Positions 41,478 through 50,402 of a stretch of 64,000 bases of DNA are shown in pieces. Positions within the stretch are counted from its first letter, which is position 1. Every line of letters begins with the position of its first letter. Source of the stretch: Oryzomicrobium sp. (GTDB taxonomy: Bacteria > Pseudomonadota > Gammaproteobacteria > Burkholderiales > Rhodocyclaceae); contig NZ_JAJTBG010000007.1 of assembly GCF_021287045.1 (NCBI RefSeq), positions 84,340 to 148,339 on the forward strand, in the 5' to 3' direction. A model generated the notes under the pieces. It had not been told where the DNA came from, ran no database searches, and worked only from the letters and a program-made list of their open reading frames with translations. The position numbers and the translations under genes are program-made.

Positions 41478-41671
41478 ATTTAAATTCAAAGGATTGTCGG
41501 CTTATTCGATTTTTTGAAAAGAAAATAAATTTCTTTTATGAGGGTTTTTGTTCGTTTATCAGAAAAGCTGCTAGAAAAATAAAGATTGCTTCTTTGTGCC
41601 GGCATGGTCACCCCTGTTAATTTCCTGGCGTTGCGGACGATTGTCCGTCTTGAATCAGACAGGGATTTGCC

Positions 41672-42169
41672 ATGCATCTGCACATTTTGCGCCGGCGGGA
41701 CTTCATCGCCGGCAGCCTGTTCATCGCCTTCGGGGTGGCCGCCGCCGGCGGTGCCCTGCGCTATCCGCTGGGCACCGCCATGCGCATGGGGCCGGGGTAT
41801 TTCCCCCTGCTCCTGGGCGGCCTGCTGGCCCTGCTCGGCCTGGCCATTGCCCTGGCCGCCCTGCGTGTGGTGCCGGACGGCGAAGGGGCCGACGACGGCC
41901 GGGTCGAAGGGGTTTCGTTCAAGCCGGTGCTGCTGGTGGCCGTCGGCGTGCTGCTCTTTGCCTTGACGGTGAACGCCCTGGGCCTGGTGCTGGCCACCGT
42001 GGCCCTGGTGGTGGTGAGCGGCATCGCCCACCACGAGACCCGCTGGCGCGAGGTGGCGGTCCTGGCTGCCGGCCTGGCGGCCTTTGCCGTGGGGGTGTTC
42101 TTCTACGGCCTGGGGCTGCCCTTCGAAGTGCTGCCGGTGGCGGTGCTGCCCGCCGGCCTGCTGGCCTGA
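41672..42169 (+). CDS. tctB: tripartite tricarboxylate transporter small membrane subunit TctB
   Basis: 165-aa, four-TM protein directly upstream of tctA. Begins MHLHILRRRDFIAGSLFIAFG. Confidence 0.8.
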   Translation: MHLHILRRRDFIAGSLFIAFGVAAAGGALRYPLGTAMRMGPGYFPLLLGGLLALLGLAIALAALRVVPDGEGADDGRVEGVSFKPVLLVAVGVLLFALTVNALGLVLATVALVVVSGIAHHETRWREVAVLAAGLAAFAVGVFFYGLGLPFEVLPVAVLPAGLLA

Positions 42170-42178
42170 GGCGCGGCG

Positions 42179-43681
42179 ATGGACCTGCTTGCCAACCTGG
42201 GTCTGGGCTTCGACGCCGCCTTCACCGTCGCCAACCTGGGCTACTGCTTCGTCGGGGTCACCCTGGGCACCCTGATCGGTGTGCTGCCCGGCCTGGGGCC
42301 GGTGGCCACCATCGCCATGCTGCTGCCCATCACCTACGGGCTCCAGCCCCTGTCGGCGCTGATCATGCTCGCCGGCATCTACTACGGCGCCCAGTACGGC
42401 GGCTCCACCTCGGCGATCCTGGTGAACTTGCCTGGCGAGTCCTCGTCGGTGGTGACCTGCCTGGACGGTTACGCCATGGCCCGCAAGGGCCGGGCCGGAG
42501 CCGCCCTGGGGGTGGCCGCCCTGGGGTCGTTCTTCGCCGGCACCGTGGCCACCGTGGCCATCGCCGTGCTGGCGGCGCCCCTGTCGGCCCTGGCCCTCAA
42601 GTTCGGCCCGGCGGAATATTTCTCGCTGATGGTGCTGGGGCTGGTGGCGGCCATCGTGCTGGCCAACGGCTCCCTCATCAAGGCCATCGCCATGACCGTG
42701 CTCGGCCTGCTGCTGGGCCTGGTGGGCACCGACGTCAATTCCGGCGCCGAGCGCTTTTCCTTCGGCATTCCCGAACTGTCCGACGGCTTCGGCTTCGTCG
42801 TGGTTTCCATGGGCCTGTTCGGCATCGCCGAGATCATCGCCAACCTGGAAAAAGGCGAGAGGCGCGACATCTTCGCCACCACCGTGGGCGGCGTTTGGCC
42901 GAGCCGGGACGACTTCCGCGCCACCTGGAAGCCGGTGCTGCGCGGCACCTTCCTCGGCTCCCTGCTCGGCGTGCTGCCCGGGGGCGGCGCCATCCTCAGT
43001 TCGTTCGCCGCCTACACCCTGGAAAAGAAGCTAGCCAAAGACCCCTCCCGCTTCGGCCAGGGCGCCATCGAAGGGGTGGCGGCGCCGGAGTCGGCCAACA
43101 ACGCCGGCGCCCAGACTTCGTTCATCCCCCTGCTCACCCTGGGCATTCCGCCCAACGCGGTGATGGCCCTGATGGTAGGCGCCATGATGATCCACGGCAT
43201 CGTCCCCGGCCCCCAGGTGATGACCGAGCGGCCCGAGCTGTTCTGGGGCCTGATCGCCAGCATGTGGATCGGCAACGGCCTGCTGGTGCTGCTCAACCTG
43301 CCCCTGATCGGCCTGTGGGTGCGCCTGCTCAAGGTGCCGTACCGGCTGCTCTATCCGGCCATCCTGCTGTTCTGCTGCGTCGGCGTGTACAGCGTCAACA
43401 GCAGCGCCCTGGAAGTGGCCTTCACCGTGGCCTTCGGCCTGCTCGGCTACCTGTTCATCAAGCTGCGCTGCGAGCCGGCGCCCCTGCTGCTCGGCTTCGT
43501 CCTCGGCCCCCTGATGGAAGAGAACCTGCGCCGCGCCCTGCTGCTCGCCCGGGGCGACGCCACCGTGTTCTTCACCCGGCCCTTGAGCCTGGGCCTGCTG
43601 CTCGCCACCGCCGCCCTGGTGGTGATCCTGGTGCTGCCCAACGTGCGCCGCACCCGGGACGTGGCCTTCCAGGAGGACTGA
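42179..43681 (+). CDS. tctA: tripartite tricarboxylate transporter large permease TctA
   Basis: 500-aa polytopic membrane protein with GVLPGLGPVATIAMLLP and GVLPGGGAILSSFAAY repeats typical of TctA. Confidence 0.9.
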   Translation: MDLLANLGLGFDAAFTVANLGYCFVGVTLGTLIGVLPGLGPVATIAMLLPITYGLQPLSALIMLAGIYYGAQYGGSTSAILVNLPGESSSVVTCLDGYAMARKGRAGAALGVAALGSFFAGTVATVAIAVLAAPLSALALKFGPAEYFSLMVLGLVAAIVLANGSLIKAIAMTVLGLLLGLVGTDVNSGAERFSFGIPELSDGFGFVVVSMGLFGIAEIIANLEKGERRDIFATTVGGVWPSRDDFRATWKPVLRGTFLGSLLGVLPGGGAILSSFAAYTLEKKLAKDPSRFGQGAIEGVAAPESANNAGAQTSFIPLLTLGIPPNAVMALMVGAMMIHGIVPGPQVMTERPELFWGLIASMWIGNGLLVLLNLPLIGLWVRLLKVPYRLLYPAILLFCCVGVYSVNSSALEVAFTVAFGLLGYLFIKLRCEPAPLLLGFVLGPLMEENLRRALLLARGDATVFFTRPLSLGLLLATAALVVILVLPNVRRTRDVAFQED

Positions 43682-43753
43682 GCCGCCGTTGCCGGTCCGC
43701 TCCCCTTCCGCCTATTCACCGATTTTCACTGCCCGACTTTCGACGAGATTTTC

Positions 43754-45148
43754 ATGAGTACCACCCACCGCCACGCCAGCCCCAACTACCTCGGCATCGC
43801 CACCCGCGACCCCGGCGAATACCTGGCCGAACTGGACAACATCCGCTGGCAGAAGCTGCAACGCCAGATCCGCTACGTGTGGGGCAACGAGGACTACTTC
43901 CGCCAGCGCTTCATCGAGGCCGGCGTTACCTCCCCCGACGACATCAAGACCCTGGACGACTTCCGCCGCCTGCCCGCCTTTCTGGACAAGGTGCGCCACC
44001 GGGATTCCCAGGACGCCTCCCTGGCCCGCTACGGCCATCCCCTGGGCCTGCACCTGACCACGGCGCCGGAAAACGCCATCCACCTGGCGGCCACCTCCGG
44101 CACCACCGGCACCCCGACCTTCTACGTGTTCAGCCGCAAGGACCTGGACATCACCTACAAGGTACTCGGGCGCATGTTCCAGTTCGCCGGCATCCGCCCC
44201 GGCGACACCACCTTCCACGCCTTCGGCCTGTCCCTGTGGCTGGCCGGCATCACCTACATCCAGGCCCTGGAAGCCTACGGCGCCCGCCCCGTGGCGGTGG
44301 GGGCCGAGGGCGGCGTGCCGAAGATCCTGCGCTACATCGAACTGACCCGGCCCCGGGTGCTGTTCGCCACCCCCTCCATGGTCAACCAGTTGATCGAGCG
44401 GGCGCCCCAAGAACTGGGCAAGCCGGTGGGGGCCCTGGGCATCGAGATCATCTATTGCTCCGGCGAGCCCGGCGCCGGCCTGCCGGCCTTCCGCCAGCGG
44501 GTGCGCGAGCACTTCGGCGCCCAGGTGTTCGACGCCACCGGCGGGGCCTGGCACAACGGCACCATCTCCTGCGCCAGCGAGCACTACCACGGCATGCACT
44601 ACCTGGCCGACGACTACTGCTTCCGCTACGACCTGGTGGACCCGGCGACCAAGCAGCCCATCGAGATCAGGGACGGCGCCGTGGGCGAGGCCATCCACAC
44701 CGCCCTGGAATACGAGGCAGCCCCCTCGTTTCGCAACGCCACCGGCGACATCCTGCGCCTGCACGTGGGCGAATGCCCGGGCTGCGGCCACTTCGGCGTG
44801 CGCATGGAGATCATCGGCCGGGCCGACGACATGCTCGCCATCAAGGGGGTCAAGGTCTATCCCGCCGCCATCCAGAACGTGGTCGGCCAGTTCCAGCCCA
44901 AGGTCTCCGGCGAGCTGCGCATCCGCCTCGACGCACCGCCGCCCCGGGTCGAGCCGCCCCTGCAACTGGCGGTGGAAGCCGGCCCGGACACCCCCCAGGC
45001 CGAATGGCCGGCCCTGGCCAAGTCCATCGAGCAGCGCATCCGCGAACTGCTCACCTTCCGCCCGGTGGTGACCGTGTTGCCCTTCGGCAGCCTGCCCCGC
45101 TCGGGGCAGAAGACCAAGCTGATCGAGGTGGTGCCCAAGGCCGCCTGA
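43754..45148 (+). CDS. phenylacetate-CoA ligase-like adenylate-forming enzyme (PaaK/F390 synthetase family)
   Basis: 464 aa. LAATSGTTGTPTFYVFS P-loop-like AMP motif. Family-typical N-terminus (LDNIRWQKLQRQIRYVW...YFRQRF...DIKTLDDFRRLP) and a C-terminal ACT-like tail. Confidence 0.8.
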   Translation: MSTTHRHASPNYLGIATRDPGEYLAELDNIRWQKLQRQIRYVWGNEDYFRQRFIEAGVTSPDDIKTLDDFRRLPAFLDKVRHRDSQDASLARYGHPLGLHLTTAPENAIHLAATSGTTGTPTFYVFSRKDLDITYKVLGRMFQFAGIRPGDTTFHAFGLSLWLAGITYIQALEAYGARPVAVGAEGGVPKILRYIELTRPRVLFATPSMVNQLIERAPQELGKPVGALGIEIIYCSGEPGAGLPAFRQRVREHFGAQVFDATGGAWHNGTISCASEHYHGMHYLADDYCFRYDLVDPATKQPIEIRDGAVGEAIHTALEYEAAPSFRNATGDILRLHVGECPGCGHFGVRMEIIGRADDMLAIKGVKVYPAAIQNVVGQFQPKVSGELRIRLDAPPPRVEPPLQLAVEAGPDTPQAEWPALAKSIEQRIRELLTFRPVVTVLPFGSLPRSGQKTKLIEVVPKAA

Positions 45149-45270
45149 GTCCGGAATCTGTGCGCATAGGGCAGGGGAGGGCAGAAGCCTTCTCTCTCCG
45201 CCCCGGCCACCACTGCGCCACGGCCCGCACCTCGAATCCTGCATCCCGAATTTCCGAGAGAAACCACCCT

Positions 45271-46275
45271 ATGTCCAAATCCCGCTTTGCCACGGCCCTG
45301 AAAGCCCTGGCGGCCTTCGTTCCGGCACTCGCCGCCGCCACCGGCCTGGCCCTGTCCCCCGTCGCCCAGGCCGACGCCTGGCCGGCCAAGCCGATCAAGC
45401 TGGTGGTGCCCTATCCGCCGGGGGGCGCCGCCGACGCGGTGGCCCGCCTCTACGCCGACAAGCTCTCCGAGCGGCTCAAGCAGCCGGTGGTGGTGGACAA
45501 CAAGCCCGGCGCCGGAACGGCCATTGCCGCCGAGTTCGTGGCCAAGGCCCCGGCCGACGGCTACACCCTGTCTCTGGTGCCCACCGGACAGCTCACCGTG
45601 CTGCCGCACCTGAGCAAGACCCTGCGCTTCGACCCCTTCGCCAGCTTCGCCCCGGTGTCCCTGCTCGCCTCCACCGCCGTGGTGATCGCCGCCAACGGCA
45701 CGGTGCCGGTACACAGCGTCAAGGAGGTGGTGGCCCTGGCCAAGGCCAAACCCGGTCAGGTGAGCTATTCGTCCAGCGGCAGCGGCACCATCATCCACCT
45801 GGCCGGCGAGAACTTCCGCCTGGCCACCGGCGCCGACTTGCTGCACGTGCCCTTCAAGGGCAGCGCCCCGGCGGTGGCGGCCCTGCTCTCCGGCGACGTG
45901 AACCTGTCTTTCGACACCCTCACCGTGCTGGCGCCCCAGATCAAGGCCGGCAAGGTCAAGGGCATCGCCATCGCCAGCCGCGAGCGTTCGTCCCTGCTGC
46001 CCAACGTGCCTACCGTGGCCGAGGCCGGCTACCCGGACTTCGAGGTGGTGTCCTGGTTCGGCCTGGCCGCTCCCGCCGCCACGCCCAAGGAGATCGTCGC
46101 CCGTCTCAACGCCGAGGTGGGCGCCATCGCCCGTCAGCCCGGCGTCAAGGAAAGCCTGGCGGCCCAGGGGCTGGAACCGTGGACCACCACCCCGGAGCAG
46201 TTCGCCCAGCGCATCAAGGCCGACTACGCCAAGTACGGCCAGGTGGTGAAGGCCTCCGGCGCCACCTTCGACTGA
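45271..46275 (+). CDS. tctC: Bug/TctC-family periplasmic solute-binding protein
   Basis: ATG 45271 with a signal peptide, then AWPAKPIKLVVPYPPGGAADAVARLYADKLSERLKQPVVVDNKPGAGT, the Bug-family signature. Confidence 0.9.
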   Translation: MSKSRFATALKALAAFVPALAAATGLALSPVAQADAWPAKPIKLVVPYPPGGAADAVARLYADKLSERLKQPVVVDNKPGAGTAIAAEFVAKAPADGYTLSLVPTGQLTVLPHLSKTLRFDPFASFAPVSLLASTAVVIAANGTVPVHSVKEVVALAKAKPGQVSYSSSGSGTIIHLAGENFRLATGADLLHVPFKGSAPAVAALLSGDVNLSFDTLTVLAPQIKAGKVKGIAIASRERSSLLPNVPTVAEAGYPDFEVVSWFGLAAPAATPKEIVARLNAEVGAIARQPGVKESLAAQGLEPWTTTPEQFAQRIKADYAKYGQVVKASGATFD

Positions 46276-46277
46276 CC

Positions 46278-47255
46278 ATGGCGAGCGCACTCCAACCCGC
46301 CGCGGCCAGGACTGCCAATGCGGCCGCCGAGACCGATTTCACCCCCGAGTTCGACCGGCCCGTGCCCTACCTGGAGCGCACCCGGGACTACTACCTGGCC
46401 CTGGGCTACGCCAACCCCTATGTCTGGGCTCACTACGACGAGGTGCCGTTCCAGCCCTTGGCCAAGCCCCTGGCCGAAAGCCGCCTGACCCTGATCACCA
46501 CGGCGGCGCCCTACCAGGCGGACAAGGGCCCCCAGGGGCCTGGCGCGCCCTACAACGCCGCAGCCAAGTTCTACCGGGTCTATTCCGGCGATACGGCCAG
46601 GGATCACGACCTGCGCATCGCCCACGTCGCCATCGACCGCACCCACACCAGCATGGCCGACAGCGGCACCTGGTTCCCCCTGCCGGCCCTGCGTCGGCTG
46701 GCGGCGCACGGTCGCATCGGCCCCCTGGCGGCGCGCTTCCACGGGGCGCCGACCAACCGCAGCCAGCGCCACACCCTGGCGGTGGATGCCCCGGAGATCC
46801 TGGCCCGCTGCCGCGAGGATGGGGTGGATGCGGCCCTGCTGGTGCCCAACTGCCCGGTCTGCCACCAGACCCTGAGCCTGGTGGCCCGCCACCTGGAGGC
46901 CAACGGCATCGCCACGGTGCTGCTCGGCTGCGCCAAGGACATCGTCGAGCACTGCGGCGTGCCGCGCCTCTTGTTCAGCGACTTTCCCCTGGGCAACGGG
47001 GCCGGCCGGCCCGGCGATCCGCAGTCCCAGGACTACACCCTGGAACTGGCCCTGCAACTGCTGGAGCAGGCACCGGCGCCGCGTACCACGGTCCAGTCGC
47101 CCCTCCGATGGAGCGCCGACCCGTCCTGGAAGCTCGACTACAGCAACCCGGCCCGGCTCGACCTGGCTGACATCCCCCGCCTGCGTGCCGAGTCCGATCG
47201 GGCCAAGGCCGTCGCCGAGGCCCTGCGCCGCGCGCAACTGGGCACGGCGGACTGA
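46278..47255 (+). CDS. glycine/sarcosine/betaine/D-proline reductase component B-like protein (non-selenoprotein homolog)
   Basis: 325 aa. PVPYLERTRDYYLALGY...RIAHVAIDRTHTS...LLVPNCPVCHQTLSLVARHLEANGIATV resembles the GrdB/PrdB family as I recall it. No in-frame TGA. Confidence 0.6.
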   Translation: MASALQPAAARTANAAAETDFTPEFDRPVPYLERTRDYYLALGYANPYVWAHYDEVPFQPLAKPLAESRLTLITTAAPYQADKGPQGPGAPYNAAAKFYRVYSGDTARDHDLRIAHVAIDRTHTSMADSGTWFPLPALRRLAAHGRIGPLAARFHGAPTNRSQRHTLAVDAPEILARCREDGVDAALLVPNCPVCHQTLSLVARHLEANGIATVLLGCAKDIVEHCGVPRLLFSDFPLGNGAGRPGDPQSQDYTLELALQLLEQAPAPRTTVQSPLRWSADPSWKLDYSNPARLDLADIPRLRAESDRAKAVAEALRRAQLGTAD

Positions 47256-47300
47256 TCCGCCCTTCACTGAACCTGACACCGATCCACGAAAGAACGCCCC

Positions 47301-48050
47301 ATGTCCTCCCTTTCCTCCCTCGTCACCTACGAATCCCGCGACGGCATCGCCGAGATCACCATCAACCGCGCCGAGAAATACAACATCCTCACCCACGAGG
47401 TGGTGGCCGGCCTGAATGCCGCCTGGCACCGCTTCAACGCCAGCGACGACAAGGTCGCCATCCTGGCCGGGGCCGGCGACAAGGCCTTCACCGCCGGCGC
47501 CGACCTGAAGGACATCCCCCACGACTTCTGGCGCGCCGTGCCCGGCGTCGGCGTGGCGGTGGAAAAGCCGGTCATCGCCGCCACCGCCGGCCTGGTGGTG
47601 GGGGGCGGCCTGGTCCTGGTCCAGTTCGCCGACCTGGCGGTGGCCGCCGAGAACACGGTGCTCTCCTACCCGGAGGCCAAGGTCGGCTACAGCGGCGGCC
47701 TGATCAGTTCCCTGGCCGCCCGCATCCCCCACAAGGTGGCCATGGAGCTGCTGCTGGTGGGCGGCTCCATCGACGCCAAGCGGGCCTACGAGGTGGGTCT
47801 GGTGAACCGGGTGGTGCCCAACGGCGAGCACCTGGCCGCCGCCCGGGAGCTGGCCGCCCAGATCGCCGCCAACGCCCCCCTGGTGCTGACCATGCTCAAG
47901 CGCTTCGTCGGCCAGGTGATCCCCAAGGGCACCTCGGAGGCCGCCGCCATCGGCCGTGCCCAGGTGGAGGCGGTCAATACCGCCGCCGACTACCACGAGG
48001 GCATCGCCGCCTTCTTCGCCAAGCGCCCGCCGGAATTTATCGGCAACTGA
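47301..48050 (+). CDS. enoyl-CoA hydratase/isomerase (crotonase) family protein
   Basis: 249 aa. ITINRAEKYN, AGAGDKAFTAGADLK, GLVVGGGLVLVQFADLAVAAE and EGIAAFFAKRPPEF are crotonase-fold motifs. Confidence 0.9.
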   Translation: MSSLSSLVTYESRDGIAEITINRAEKYNILTHEVVAGLNAAWHRFNASDDKVAILAGAGDKAFTAGADLKDIPHDFWRAVPGVGVAVEKPVIAATAGLVVGGGLVLVQFADLAVAAENTVLSYPEAKVGYSGGLISSLAARIPHKVAMELLLVGGSIDAKRAYEVGLVNRVVPNGEHLAAARELAAQIAANAPLVLTMLKRFVGQVIPKGTSEAAAIGRAQVEAVNTAADYHEGIAAFFAKRPPEFIGN

Positions 48051-48109
48051 GCGCCGGCCGGCCCGCCCCTTCACCTCTTCGCCCCTTTTTCGTCTTCCGG
48101 AGACACCCC

Positions 48110-49126
48110 ATGCCTTCTTCCGCTTTCGGCAACCGCCTCGCCGCCCGCCTGGTCCGGGCCTTCGCCGTCGCCGGCCTGCTTGCCGCACCTTTCCTGCCCG
48201 GCGCCCTGGACAGCGCCCAGGCCGACGCCTGGCCGGCCAAGCCGATCCGCCTGATCGTGCCCTTCCCGCCGGGGGGCGCCGCCGACGCGGTGGGCCGCCT
48301 CTACGCCGAGAAGCTGTCGGAAGCCTTCAAGCAGCCGGTGGTGGTGGACAACAAGCCGGGCGCCGGCACCGCCATCGCCGCCGAGGCCGCCGCCAAGGCC
48401 GCGCCGGACGGCTACACCCTGTCCCTGGCCCCGGCCGGCCAGCTCACCGTGCTGCCCCACCTGAACAAGAAGCTGCCCTACGACCCGGTCAAGGATTTCG
48501 CCCCGGTGTCCCTGCTCGCCTCGGTGCCCTACGTGATCGGCGCCAGCGCCAGCCTGCCGGCGGCCAACGTCAAGGAACTGGTGGCCCGGGCCAAGGCCCA
48601 GCCGGGCAAGATCACCTACTCGTCCTGCGGCAATGGCACCATCTGCCACCTGGCCGGCGAGCTGTTCAAGAGCCAGACCGGCACCGACCTGCTGCACGTG
48701 CCCTACAAGGGCAGCGCTCCGGCGGTGACCGCCCTGCTCGGCGGCGAGGTGGACCTGGCCTTCGACACCCTGACCGTGCTGGCGCCCCAGGTGAAGGCCG
48801 GCAAGATCAAGGCCCTGGCCATCTCCAGCCGCGAACGTTCCCCCCTGCTGCCCAACGTGCCCACCGCCATCGAGCAGGGCCTGGGCCACTACGAGGCCGC
48901 CTCCTGGTTCGGCCTGGTGGTGCCGGCGGCCACCCCCAAGGACGTGGTCAAGCGCCTCAACGCCGAGCTGGTGCGCATCGCCAGGCTGCCCGAGGTGCAG
49001 GAGAAGCTGGCCGCCCAGGGCCTGGACACCCTGTCCTCCTCGCCGGAGAAGTTCGCCGAGCTGATCCGCGAGGACTACAGCAAGTGGGGCAAGGTGGTGC
49101 AGGCCTCCGGCGCCAAGCTCGACTGA
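48110..49126 (+). CDS. tctC: Bug/TctC-family periplasmic solute-binding protein (second copy)
   Basis: Signal peptide plus AWPAKPIRLIVPFPPGGAADAVGRLYAEKLSEAFKQPVVVDNKPGAGT. The first ~300 nt are also highly similar at DNA level to 45360-45670. Confidence 0.9.
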   Translation: MPSSAFGNRLAARLVRAFAVAGLLAAPFLPGALDSAQADAWPAKPIRLIVPFPPGGAADAVGRLYAEKLSEAFKQPVVVDNKPGAGTAIAAEAAAKAAPDGYTLSLAPAGQLTVLPHLNKKLPYDPVKDFAPVSLLASVPYVIGASASLPAANVKELVARAKAQPGKITYSSCGNGTICHLAGELFKSQTGTDLLHVPYKGSAPAVTALLGGEVDLAFDTLTVLAPQVKAGKIKALAISSRERSPLLPNVPTAIEQGLGHYEAASWFGLVVPAATPKDVVKRLNAELVRIARLPEVQEKLAAQGLDTLSSSPEKFAELIREDYSKWGKVVQASGAKLD

Positions 49127-49140
49127 GGCGGCCCGCCGCG

Positions 49141-49611
49141 ATGATCGCCATCGACATCCCCGGCTTCGGCCCCCTGGCCCTGGAGCACCTGGTCCTCGAC
49201 TACAACGGCACCCTGGCGGTGGATGGCCGCCTGCTGCCCGGCGTGGCCGAGGCCCTGGCCGCCCTGGCGGCGGACCTGTCCATCCACGTCATCACCGCCG
49301 ACACCTTCGGCCTGGCTCGGGAGCAGTTGGCCGGGCTGCCGCTGCAATTGCACATCGCCCCGGTCGAAGGCCAGGCCGAGACCAAGCTGGCCTTCATCGT
49401 CGGCCTGGGCGCCGACAAGGTGGCGGCCATCGGCAACGGCCGCAACGACCGGCGCATGGTCGAGGCCGCAGCCCTGGGCATCGGCCTGGTCCAGCGCGAG
49501 GGCGGGGCGGTCGCCACCCTGGCCAAGGCCGACCTGGTGTGCACCTCCATCCTCGACGCCCTGGACCTGCTGCGCCATCCCAAGCGCCTCACTGCAACGC
49601 TTCGTTCCTGA
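49141..49611 (+). CDS. HAD-superfamily hydrolase (soluble P-type-ATPase-like)
   Basis: 156 aa. LVLDYNGTLA (DxxGT-type motif I variant) and AIGNGRNDRRM (motif IV). Confidence 0.7.
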   Translation: MIAIDIPGFGPLALEHLVLDYNGTLAVDGRLLPGVAEALAALAADLSIHVITADTFGLAREQLAGLPLQLHIAPVEGQAETKLAFIVGLGADKVAAIGNGRNDRRMVEAAALGIGLVQREGGAVATLAKADLVCTSILDALDLLRHPKRLTATLRS

Positions 49612-49634
49612 TCGTTCCCGATCGTTTCTTATTC

Positions 49635-50402
49635 ATGACCGCATCCCTCATCCCGTCCGCTCCGGACGCCCTCCAGGCTGCCCGCGTCGACCTGGCCGCC
49701 GCCTGCCGCCTGGTGGCCCTGCTCGGCTGGACCGACCTGCTCGCCACCCACCTGTCGATCCGGGTGCCGGGCCGTCACGACCGCTACATGATCAATCCCC
49801 TGGGCCTGCTGTTCGAGGAGGTGACCGCCTCGTCGATCCTGGAGGTTGACCTGGACGGCCGCGTGGTGGGCGGCGCCGGGGACCTCAACCCGGCCGGCGT
49901 GGTCATCCACGGCGCCATCCACGGCAACGTCGCCGAGGCCGAGGCAGTGGTGCACCTGCACACCCGGGAAGGGGTGGCGGTGTCCTGCCAGGAGGCCGGC
50001 CTGCTGCCCCTGACCCAGATGGGGCTGATGGTCTACGGCCAGGTGGCCTACCACGACTTCCATGGCGTGGTGCTCGACGAGGCCGAGCGGGCCACCCTGC
50101 TCGCCAATATGGGCGACCGGTCCCTGCTCATCCTGCGCAACCACGGCACCCTGGCCGTGGGGCGCACCATGGCCGAAGCCTTCTCGCGCATCTGGCGGCT
50201 GGAGCGGGCCTGCCGCTTCCAGCTCGCCGCCCAGTCCGCCGGGGTCCCCCTGCGCCAGCCGCCGCCCGAGGTGGTGGCGCGCACCGTGGAACAGGCCCGG
50301 GCGATCTACGGTCGTACAGCTGAGTTCTTCCCCAGCGGCAGGCGGGAATGGGCCGCCTTGCTGCGCCGTCTCGACCGGGAGTTGCCAGGCTATGCCGACT
50401 GA
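49635..50402 (+). CDS. class II aldolase/adducin-domain protein
   Basis: 255 aa. THLSIRVPG..MINP, GVVIHGAIH, AVVHLHT and LILRNHGTLAVG are typical class II aldolase family motifs. Confidence 0.85.
   Translation: MTASLIPSAPDALQAARVDLAAACRLVALLGWTDLLATHLSIRVPGRHDRYMINPLGLLFEEVTASSILEVDLDGRVVGGAGDLNPAGVVIHGAIHGNVAEAEAVVHLHTREGVAVSCQEAGLLPLTQMGLMVYGQVAYHDFHGVVLDEAERATLLANMGDRSLLILRNHGTLAVGRTMAEAFSRIWRLERACRFQLAAQSAGVPLRQPPPEVVARTVEQARAIYGRTAEFFPSGRREWAALLRRLDRELPGYAD

Noticed and set aside
41435-41620. 61-aa ORF in the AT-rich patch (MDLIERRPSLRLFVYLNSKDCRLIRFFEKK...).
   Set aside because: It overlaps the terminator of the upstream gene and has no RBS. Its composition just reflects AT-rich DNA, so it is probably non-coding.
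41596-46275. 1559-aa ORF spanning 4.7 kb.
   Set aside because: Arg/Pro/Gly/Ala-rich translation typical of an off-frame read through GC-rich DNA. It crosses five well-supported genes (tctB, tctA, ligase, tctC). Only its last 334 codons (45271-46275, TctC) are real.
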